A stretch of 64,000 bases of DNA from a virus, in the IMG/VR virus record IMGVR_UViG_3300015360_000025. One strand, 5' to 3'. Each line of letters starts with the position of its first letter. Positions within the stretch are counted from its first letter, which is position 1. Below are positions 17,804 to 24,539 of the stretch, one piece after another. The notes under the pieces are model-generated. The model was not told the DNA's origin. It ran no database searches and saw only the letters and a program-made list of their open reading frames with translations. Made by a program: the position numbers and the translations under genes.

Positions 17804-17880
17804 TGCGGGAGGCAGGTATAGATCTGAACTAGTCTCATAAGCTAGAATGCAAGAGGTGCAAGTCCTCATTACCGCAACCA
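17804..17880 (+). tRNA. Atypical tRNA with CAT anticodon, copy 2
   Basis: ctagt-CT-CAT-AA-gctag; same mini D-loop and TGCAAGT T-loop; ACCA end. Confidence 0.7.
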
Positions 17881-17901
17881 ATATGATGCATATTTACTTG
17901 T

Positions 17902-18441
17902 ATGAACTGTGAAGCGTGCAACAGTTATTTGACAGCAAAATACGGTAGTGGAAGATTCTGCTGCGAAAAGTGTGCACGATGTTTTGCTACTTTGGCAAAA
18001 CGAAATGAGATAAATGAAAAGGTTTCTCTCACTCTTACTGGCAGGGGTAAAATAAATCTTTGTAGGATATGCAACGCAAAGATTTTACTTAACGAAAAAG
18101 GAACGAGACGTCATTGCGGAAAATGCGCGCCCCTGCACGGATCTAAAATCAGTTTTGAAGATTTGCTAAAAGACAGTTCTCGAAGAAAACGATTAGTAGT
18201 TGAGAACGGCCATTTTTGCTGGTCGTGTAAACTCACGCTGTGGCAAGATCAACAAATTCCGCTAACCATCGATCATATCGATGGAAACTCTGACAACAAC
18301 AACAACAAACGAGAGAATCTTAGAATTCTATGTTGGAATTGTCACGCTTTGACTCCTTCTTTTGGTGGAAGAAATGCAAAGAAATTTCCTAATGCAAAAA
18401 GAAGAGCTTTGTACAAAAGACTTTATCTAAATTCAAAATAA
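17902..18441 (+). CDS. Free-standing HNH homing endonuclease
   Basis: CWSC...LTIDHIDGN...NLRILCWNCH; N-terminal Zn fingers; AT-richer than neighbours. Confidence 0.9.
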   Translation: MNCEACNSYLTAKYGSGRFCCEKCARCFATLAKRNEINEKVSLTLTGRGKINLCRICNAKILLNEKGTRRHCGKCAPLHGSKISFEDLLKDSSRRKRLVVENGHFCWSCKLTLWQDQQIPLTIDHIDGNSDNNNNKRENLRILCWNCHALTPSFGGRNAKKFPNAKRRALYKRLYLNSK

Positions 18442-18444
18442 TAC

Positions 18445-18517
18445 GCCGATGTACCCCAACGGTAGAGGGAGCTGGTCGAGAACCCGTACAGTGGAGGTTC
18501 GAGTCCTCTCATCGGCA
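18445..18517 (+). tRNA. tRNA-Leu(GAG)-like, short variable region
   Basis: GCCGATG/CATCGGC; loop TC-GAG-AA (C33). Confidence 0.65.
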
Positions 18518-18525
18518 CTGATTAT

Positions 18526-18600
18526 AGACGCGTAGCCTAATTGGGTAGCGGCCTTCGTCTTAGGACAGAAATTTTGTGGGTTCGAATCCCAACGTGTCTA
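18526..18600 (+). tRNA. tRNA-Leu(TAG), short variable region
   Basis: AGACGCG/CGTGTCT; CT-TAG-GA; imperfect anticodon stem. Confidence 0.65.
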
Positions 18601-18660
18601 TTAAAACATGAAACGTGGACCATATGGTCAGGAGCGCGTCTTAAAAATAAACAAAGGAAT

Positions 18661-18734
18661 GCTCACGTATCCCAATTGGTAGAGGACATCGATTTAGACT
18701 CGATGTGTTAGCGGTTCGACCCCGCTCGTGAGTA
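18661..18734 (+). tRNA. tRNA-Leu(TAG), short variable region
   Basis: GCTCACG/CGTGAGT; ATCGA-TT-TAG-AC-TCGAT. Confidence 0.8.
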
Positions 18735-18743
18735 CTAGCACAT

Positions 18744-18815
18744 AGGCACATACCTCAACGGTTAGAGGAGGCACCTTATAAGTGCCCCACGATGGTTCGA
18801 CTCCATCTGTGCCTA
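18744..18815 (+). tRNA. tRNA-Ile(TAT)
   Basis: AGGCACA/TGTGCCT; GGCAC-CT-TAT-AA-GTGCC. Confidence 0.9.
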
Positions 18816-18826
18816 CAGATTTTCAT

Positions 18827-18898
18827 GAGTTGCAAGCTTTAATGGTGAAGCACTCGCCTCTTAAGCGAGAGAACGGGGATCGTTACCCCGGCGATTCA
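18827..18898 (+). tRNA. tRNA-Lys(CTT)
   Basis: CTCGC-CT-CTT-AA-GCGAG; T-loop ATCGTTA. Confidence 0.8.
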
Positions 18899-18902
18899 TA
18901 AT

Positions 18903-18975
18903 GCCTCGTAGATCAGCTGGTGCTGATACTCCCCTGTCACGGGAACCGCGATGGGTTCAATTCCCATACGGGGCG
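18903..18975 (+). tRNA. tRNA-Asp(GTC)
   Basis: CT-GTC-AC, G73; extended D stem. Confidence 0.85.
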
Positions 18976-18980
18976 CTGTT

Positions 18981-19055
18981 GTATCTCAAGCTAACCTGGT
19001 GAAAGCGACAGGCTGTTAACCTGTGTCAAGCAGGGTTCGATCCCCTGGAGATACG
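18981..19055 (+). tRNA. tRNA-Asn(GTT)
   Basis: ACAGG-CT-GTT-AA-CCTGT, G73. Confidence 0.88.
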
Positions 19056-19058
19056 CAT

Positions 19059-19130
19059 GGCCCCATCGTCTACTGGCTAGGACGTCTGCCTTTCAAGCAG
19101 ATAAAGACGGATCGAAACCGTCTGGTGTCA
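19059..19130 (+). tRNA. tRNA-Glu(TTC)
   Basis: TCTGC-CT-TTC-AA-GCAGA; T-loop ATCGAAA. Confidence 0.85.
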
Positions 19131-19183
19131 CTGGGAGTTTATCATAGCTTGTCGTTCTCCCCCATCAAAAACGACGAGCACAT

Positions 19184-19256
19184 GCCTCTTAAGCTAATCT
19201 GGTGAAAGCGCCTGTCTGAAGAGCAGGAGAGCTCGGATCGAAACCGAGAGGGGGCA
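19184..19256 (+). tRNA. tRNA-Phe(GAA)
   Basis: CCTGT-CT-GAA-GA-GCAGG; T-loop ATCGAAA. Confidence 0.85.
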
Positions 19257-19338
19257 CATTAGATGTGAGGCTCGAAAGAGCGGAGCGTATGCCGGCGGCG
19301 GGAAGATCTACACAAACATCACATCACCGCTGCATCAT

Positions 19339-19411
19339 GGCCTCATCGTCTACAGGGCTAGGACACCTGGTTCTCAACTGGGAAAACGGAGTTCGATCCT
19401 CCGTGAGGCTA
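19339..19411 (+). tRNA. tRNA-Glu(CTC)
   Basis: GGCCTCA/TGAGGCT; TT-CTC-AA. Confidence 0.88.
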
Positions 19412-19416
19412 CAATC

Positions 19417-19488
19417 GGGTTCGTATTTCAAACGGGAGAATTTTGGGATGGCATTCCAACGATAAGGGTTCGATTCCCTTCGAATCCA
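19417..19488 (+). tRNA. tRNA-Ala(GGC), atypical
   Basis: G3.U70, A73; ttggg-AT-GGC-AT-tccaa. Confidence 0.65.
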
Positions 19489-19508
19489 CAGTGTGATAGG
19501 ATAGCAAA

Positions 19509-19949
19509 ATGAGAATCCTCGTACTTGATGACGATGACGAGCGACACGCCTACTTCCGACGCCAGTTGATCGGAAACGACGTGGTCCACGTCCACACCTA
19601 CTCAGAGTGTCTCGACGCACTCCTTGGGCAGGAAATTTTTGAGGTGGTATTCCTGGACCATGACCTCAACGGCAACGGATACCAATCCTTGGTGTCGGAG
19701 CGACCCGGACACCAGGAACGGGCGATGACGCGGTACAGTCGGAAAGGCGAGCTCGACGGAAGGGACGTCGCCGAAGACATGGTTAAACTTCTCCCAGAAG
19801 AGAAGAGACCGTACCAGACGATCGTCCACAGTTGGAATCCGGACGGCGCAAAAGAGATGATTGCCATCCTCAAGGATGGGGGTTTCAAGAATATTCTACG
19901 GTGGGAATTCAACCCCAATGTAGATTTGAAGTTCAACTCAAGGGGCTGA
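19509..19949 (+). CDS. Stand-alone receiver-fold protein (cyclic-phosphate-processing REC-like)
   Basis: ILVLDDD, VFLDHDL, G.DVA, IVHSWNP.GA; no output domain. Confidence 0.75.
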   Translation: MRILVLDDDDERHAYFRRQLIGNDVVHVHTYSECLDALLGQEIFEVVFLDHDLNGNGYQSLVSERPGHQERAMTRYSRKGELDGRDVAEDMVKLLPEEKRPYQTIVHSWNPDGAKEMIAILKDGGFKNILRWEFNPNVDLKFNSRG

Positions 19950-20312
19950 CCTGGTCTCGACGGGGGAACAGAAGAAGTAGATGCGAGCCGTGGTTGGTCT
20001 GCATACCACGTAAAAAGTAGACCAAAACAACAACAGCCAAGTCCAACGACATGGTTCCCGCCTGGATGATCGCCGCGCAAGCTGCGAGCGCCCCGGCCTT
20101 CGCCTAAACAGCGAAAAGGGATGTCTTCCGGCAAGGATGCCCGAGTAACCGGAAGGCACAACACTAGGGCAAAAACTTTCAAAGGCGGGCCGTCACCCGG
20201 AGAGAGTTTGCAAAGAGACGGAGTTTGACCCACGTCCAGGGGTAATGGACTATGCTCGTAGTATCTGCATCGGAAGATCTTTCGGACGTGGGTTCGATTC
20301 CCACCAGCTCCA
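19942..20312 (+). ncRNA. ssrA: tmRNA
   Basis: GGGGCTG/CAGCTCC-A acceptor with G3.U70; GGTTCGATTCC T-arm; tag ORF 20036-20107. Confidence 0.95.
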
Positions 20313-20346
20313 AGAATCAAAAGTGCCATGACGACATAGTTACATC

Positions 20347-20730
20347 GTGGCACGAGCAAGTAGAAGACGATTTCATTACGTCTACAAAACGATTCGATTG
20401 ATTGACGGATCGTTTTACACAGGGATGCACAGCACCGATAACTTGGACGATGGCTACCTGTGATCAGGGACACGAATCACTCGGTCGATTCGAAAGCACG
20501 GAACCCATCAACATCGAAGAGAAATTCTTTACGAACTACCAGACAGAGTTAGTCTCTGCAAAAAAGAAAAAGAAGTTGTTGCCAGCTTCCGTGGAGATCC
20601 TCTCTGCATGAATTTGAATGAGGGCGGAGATGGTGGGTGGGATTTCGTCAATGAAAATGGTTTGAACGCGACTCGACCCAATCATCCCGAAACCTGTAAA
20701 ATAAGCTCCCGTATACCCTTCGCCTTCTAA
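20347..20730 (+). pseudogene. GIY-YIG (Seg-like) endonuclease with in-frame TGA at 20461
   Basis: MARASRRRFHYVYKT..FYTGMHSTDNLDDGYL*SG...REIL...DPLCMNLNEGG. Confidence 0.8.
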
Positions 20731-20781
20731 GCGAGTGAAAGGTTAATCGGATACATGCGGGTTCGAATCCCTCCGGGAGCA
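20705..20781 (+). tRNA. tRNA-Arg(TCT)-like lacking a normal D-arm
   Basis: GCTCCCG/CGGGAGC; TTCGC-CT-TCT-AA-GCGAG; T-arm GGTTCGAATCC. Confidence 0.7.
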
Positions 20782-20803
20782 TTTCGTTGTACTATTTACT
20801 GAC

Positions 20804-21283
20804 ATGAAATACCAGAAGCATCCTTACTCTTGCGGTGCTGCGGCGGTGGTCAACGTATTACGATGCTTTGGAAAGAATGCTTCGGAGATGGCTGTCAGGG
20901 CGTTCTCTAACACTTCGGCAGAAAAAGGTACGGACGAACACGGGATCATCGCTGGTCTCCGTGGATTCGGTTTCGATGGGGAAGCATTTGACATCAAAAA
21001 CTTCGATGAGGCATTTGGAGAGGTTGAATCTGAAATCAGAGAGGGATATCCGGTCATCCTGTGTACGTGGTCAATGCAGCATTGGGTCACGGTTATAGGA
21101 TCATTCGGACGAGACCCCGGAAACGGAACTAGATTTGTTGTGGCTGATCCTTCCAATTCAGACAGGAACACTGCTGAAAACGGCGTAAAGATCTTTACGA
21201 AGAAGCAATTGAAAAAGTCTTGGCGATCCAGAGACGGTAAGTACTTCGGAATCGTGTGTTTCAAGAAACGAATGCCTTCGTAG
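20804..21283 (+). CDS. C39-like cysteine peptidase domain protein
   Basis: Q...SCGAA, GT, HWVTV...ADP. Confidence 0.8.
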   Translation: MKYQKHPYSCGAAAVVNVLRCFGKNASEMAVRAFSNTSAEKGTDEHGIIAGLRGFGFDGEAFDIKNFDEAFGEVESEIREGYPVILCTWSMQHWVTVIGSFGRDPGNGTRFVVADPSNSDRNTAENGVKIFTKKQLKKSWRSRDGKYFGIVCFKKRMPS

Positions 21284-21346
21284 TATAACTGGATAGAACG
21301 GATCTCTCCTAAAGATCAGGCCTGGGTTCGAGTCCCGGCGAGGGCA
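21274..21346 (+). tRNA. tRNA-Arg(CCT)
   Basis: GATCT-CT-CCT-AA-AGATC. Confidence 0.88.
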
Positions 21347-21362
21347 CAAAGGAAGGTGGCAA

Positions 21363-22214
21363 ATGCGACGTAAAGACAAGATCGTGCTGAAGAGGGAAGG
21401 TATCTTCGGAGAATCCTGGAGCAAAAGGGTCGAGGACTATGTCATCTCCGGCATCAGGGCTGGTGGACGGAAGGAGGGAGAGTTCCTCTGGCAGAACCGT
21501 AACGTCGACCTCAAGGTCGAGGGTGATGTCACACTCTTAGACCTGATCAAGATCTTGGCCAAGATGAACGTGGAAGAACTTCACGCCCTGAGCCAGCTGG
21601 CGAACGCTAATCTCGCCCCATACCTGATAGATTTTGCCAACAATCCGACTCCCATCCCAGACACGGACAAGTTCGGAAAACTCACTCACATCGAAGTGTA
21701 CAAGACGGTCGAGTTCGACAACCACGAGTCCGGAGACAATCTATACGACTTCACTGTTTCCACCAGCGCGCACGGTATCGGTGAGGTGTGGGAAGACGTC
21801 ATGAAGGAAGTCACGTCCGGTACGACTAAGCTCGAGGATGCGAAGGCCTGCAATTCTTACGCCATCGAGTTCACTCCGTGGCAGCAGATGTTGGACATTC
21901 CTATCCGGATTCGACCAGAAACATACTACACGGAGATGATCTGGAAGAAGTGCAAGCCTCGAGCCCTGGAATTCGGTATCATAGGCTCCAAGAGAAAAGT
22001 CAAGATGGGTATGATGGAACGTGATCTGGTCGAACGAAAGAACGACAAGAAAGTCAGAAGCACGATGACCCTCGCTGAGTTCTTTACCGGTCTCTTCAAC
22101 GAGCTCTGTTACTTCGGAGCTCCAACGAGTCGGGATTCACAGATGAATGTCATCAAGGGGCGCATGAACAACGTGGAGAAGTTGCGTACAAAGGGAAAGA
22201 AGAAAAAGAAGTAA
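21363..22214 (+). CDS. Hypothetical protein
   Basis: 283-aa ORF with GGAGG-like SD. Confidence 0.8.
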   Translation: MRRKDKIVLKREGIFGESWSKRVEDYVISGIRAGGRKEGEFLWQNRNVDLKVEGDVTLLDLIKILAKMNVEELHALSQLANANLAPYLIDFANNPTPIPDTDKFGKLTHIEVYKTVEFDNHESGDNLYDFTVSTSAHGIGEVWEDVMKEVTSGTTKLEDAKACNSYAIEFTPWQQMLDIPIRIRPETYYTEMIWKKCKPRALEFGIIGSKRKVKMGMMERDLVERKNDKKVRSTMTLAEFFTGLFNELCYFGAPTSRDSQMNVIKGRMNNVEKLRTKGKKKKK

Positions 22215-22219
22215 TACAT

Positions 22220-22292
22220 GGCTCTTTCGTCCAACTGGCTAGGACACTCGACTCTGACTCGAGAAATGAAGGTTCGAATCCTTCGAGGGCTG
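22220..22292 (+). tRNA. tRNA-Gln(CTG)
   Basis: CTCGA-CT-CTG-AC-TCGAG. Confidence 0.88.
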
Positions 22293-22305
22293 CAAAGGAG
22301 AACAC

Positions 22306-22626
22306 ATGAAACCAATCATCTGGAAGGCGTACTTAGAATGTGCTTGCTCGACAAAAGCACATCTTATCTGTATCGAGTATGACGAAGATCTCGGTCTTAC
22401 GATTTCAACCCAACTGAACCAGTGGCGTGGTTTTTTCAAGCGTCTAATTGAAGGCTTCAAGTATGTGTTCTTTAAGCCGCATTGTGGCTCTTGGGACACG
22501 TGTATGATAAAACCTGAGGATGTCGTCAAGGTGCAAGAATGGTTGAATCACGCTCTTATCCACGGTCCAGGTCTTATCCACGGTCCAGGTTCTGATCATG
22601 AGGTAACGTTCCTTCTTCCCAAATAG
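22306..22626 (+). CDS. Hypothetical protein with 18-bp tandem duplication near 3' end
   Basis: CxCxxxxH; tcttatccacggtccagg twice at 22554-22589. Confidence 0.7.
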   Translation: MKPIIWKAYLECACSTKAHLICIEYDEDLGLTISTQLNQWRGFFKRLIEGFKYVFFKPHCGSWDTCMIKPEDVVKVQEWLNHALIHGPGLIHGPGSDHEVTFLLPK

Positions 22627-22656
22627 GAGTCCAGGGTTCGATTCCCGGTGGCCGCT
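22580..22656 (+). pseudogene. Degenerate tRNA-Gly(CCC)
   Basis: TT-CCC-AA loop, GGTTCGATTCC, 3' strand TGGCCGC-T as in Gly(GCC); no matching 5' strand. Confidence 0.5.
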
Positions 22657-23274
22657 ATATTTATAGACATGAAAACATCCCAAAAAATTCTTGTCTTCTT
22701 TGCGAAGATCGGATCAACATTATATCTCGGTCTCGGAATCTATTTGTTGTGGTCCACGATTCACAGGATCACCTCCGATCGACAGTGGAGGAAGGTAGTC
22801 TTAGACAAATTCACCACTATAGAGGCAGCTTCCAAAAAGATGACGAGCTTCGTTTGGATCGCTGACGGCGCCTCCGAACTCTTCGATGCCGTGTGCACCC
22901 CTCAGAAGGTCCAAGCAGTTGGATTCGACGGCTCTTCTCCTCATGGAAACGACTGTGATGAAGAGGGCATTTATCTCGCCAACACGCTTCAGGTTCCAGG
23001 TATCACTCCGTACTTCTTCACCGTGACCTGGTACGAACCGGAGACTGGAAAGTTCGCCGGTCACAACGTATGTCTTCTTGAATCTGTCGAAGGGTTTAGA
23101 TACATGGACTACGGAATGCCAAGCAGATATCTCTGGAGCATTAAGGAAGTAGCTGAGCTCGTCATCAAAGACTATGCCGGATGGGATACAACGGGTCATG
23201 GTACACAACCGGCAGTGCTCATCACCGCGCTTGTTTCTAGTCCTAAGATGAGGCCGATCAAGATTCTGCTGTAA
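22648..23274 (+). CDS. Membrane-anchored transglutaminase-like (Cys-His-Asp) protein
   Basis: N-terminal TM; DCDEEG, GHNVC, YMDY; start probably ATG 22668. Confidence 0.55.
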   Translation: MAAIFIDMKTSQKILVFFAKIGSTLYLGLGIYLLWSTIHRITSDRQWRKVVLDKFTTIEAASKKMTSFVWIADGASELFDAVCTPQKVQAVGFDGSSPHGNDCDEEGIYLANTLQVPGITPYFFTVTWYEPETGKFAGHNVCLLESVEGFRYMDYGMPSRYLWSIKEVAELVIKDYAGWDTTGHGTQPAVLITALVSSPKMRPIKILL

Positions 23275-23281
23275 GTAGAAT

Positions 23282-23352
23282 GCGGGTATAGCTCAATGGT
23301 AGAGTTACAGCCTTCCAAGTTGAAGACGAGGGTTCGATTCCCTCTACCCGCT
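23282..23352 (+). tRNA. tRNA-Gly(TCC)
   Basis: GCGGGTA/TACCCGC, U73, CT-TCC-AA. Confidence 0.92.
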
Positions 23353-23359
23353 CAACATA

Positions 23360-23386
23360 GTTTACAGTAGGTTGTTTACTGTAAAC
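23360..23386. other. Inverted repeat between tRNA-Gly and tRNA-Thr
   Basis: gtttacagta / tactgtaaac 10-bp perfect stem. Confidence 0.6.
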
Positions 23387-23394
23387 GCCTGAAT

Positions 23395-23465
23395 GCCCCT
23401 ATAGTTCAATGGCAGAACTCTAGTTTTGTAAACCTGAAATCCCAGTTCGATTCTGGGTGGGGGCT
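23395..23465 (+). tRNA. tRNA-Thr(TGT)
   Basis: GCCCCTA/TGGGGGC; TT-TGT-AA. Confidence 0.85.
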
Positions 23466-23558
23466 CTCGATGCTGTCGGAGTGAAACAGTTTGGAAGCCA
23501 TGGATACACTCATACTATTGTTTTAGTGATCTCTGATCACATTCGGGAGGTCTGAGCT

Positions 23559-24059
23559 ATGGCTCAAATTGCACCACACGGACTCAAAGGCGTTAAGGCG
23601 GCATTCGGTGATTTCGAGTACCACGAAATGTCCGGCGGAAACATAGACATCGATGATGCCTGGGAAAAAGACAATCTGGTCATCATGAAGAACGTCGCTG
23701 GATCTGGAAGAAATATCCAAGTCCACAAGCTGATCGCCGCCGAGTTTGAGGAAGCATTGAAGGAAGCTATGGTGGTAGCACCGACATACAAGGTTCGGAT
23801 GCTCGGTGGTCATTGTGGGCGTCACATGATGCATAACCAAAAGAATCCACTTTCCATTCACTCATGGGGGATCGCCTTCGATGTCAACTGGGACAAGAAT
23901 CTGGTGGTCGCCGCTAATGCTAGCCTGATGGTTAAGGCGGCTGGATGTGACCTTCCAAAAGAATTCGTAGATGCTTTCAAGAAGAGAGGTTGGGAGTGGG
24001 GAGGTGATTGGAAGTCCGTCAAGGACTACATGCACTTTCAATTCGCGACCGGCTGCTGA
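23559..24059 (+). CDS. M15-family metallopeptidase (cell-wall hydrolase)
   Basis: R...SIHSWGIAFDVN...WGGDW..KDYMHFQ. Confidence 0.9.
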   Translation: MAQIAPHGLKGVKAAFGDFEYHEMSGGNIDIDDAWEKDNLVIMKNVAGSGRNIQVHKLIAAEFEEALKEAMVVAPTYKVRMLGGHCGRHMMHNQKNPLSIHSWGIAFDVNWDKNLVVAANASLMVKAAGCDLPKEFVDAFKKRGWEWGGDWKSVKDYMHFQFATGC

Positions 24060-24216
24060 TATTTTATGAAGCGATGCAAAACTGTGTCATAGAGATTCCT
24101 GACAACCAGGCCCACTTGGTTTTGGCATGGAATTTGCATATAAGTTTGGTATGGTTAAGAGTGAAGTCCTCATCAGGATTAAAGATGAGCAGTTCCGACA
24201 GTAAGTTCAATTTCCT

Positions 24217-24286
24217 GGCTCTTTTGGTCGTGGCGGCCAACCGATCTGCAAAATCGGCGGAGAGGGTTCAATTCCCTCAGGAGCTT
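24217..24286 (+). tRNA. tRNA-Cys(GCA)
   Basis: CCGAT-CT-GCA-AA-ATCGG, U73, short D-loop. Confidence 0.8.
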
Positions 24287-24377
24287 TTTCCTAAAATTGT
24301 TTGGTCGCTCTGTCGCAAGAATCCCCTAGTTACCATGCGGACTCCGCATAGAGCATAGACAATATAGTCTTTAAGTA

Positions 24378-24498
24378 ATACAGTCTCTTCTATAGTCTCT
24401 AGGCTATACAGTCTCTTCTATAGTCTCTAGGCTATACAGTCTCTTCTATAGTCTCTAGGCTATACAGTCTCTTCTATAGTCTCTAGGCTATACAGTCT
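24378..24498. repeat. 28-bp perfect tandem repeat, 4.3 copies
   Basis: atacagtctcttctatagtctctaggct at 24378, 24406, 24434, 24462 plus partial at 24490. Confidence 0.97.
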
Positions 24499-24539
24499 TG
24501 TAGTAGGAACTCTATATAGGCTAAAGGAGATTAACCAAA

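Noticed and set aside
18607-18650. Additional tRNA-Leu(TAA)
   Set aside because: Only a gacc/ggtc hairpin and cttaaaa; no T-arm or acceptor pairing
18903-18975. tRNA-Sec
   Set aside because: GTC anticodon, 7-bp acceptor and short variable loop
20461-20463. UGA recoded as Gly (alternative genetic code)
   Set aside because: TGA ends many well-defined genes here (for example 2589, 27147, 52556), long ORFs are intact under code 11, and no UCA-anticodon tRNA was found
14500-24286. Stop-suppressor tRNAs
   Set aside because: TAA/TAG/TGA anticodons read Leu/Ser codons; no CTA, TTA or TCA anticodon was found
24378-24498. CRISPR array
   Set aside because: The 28-bp units are head-to-tail with no spacers; no cas1/cas2 or effector genes
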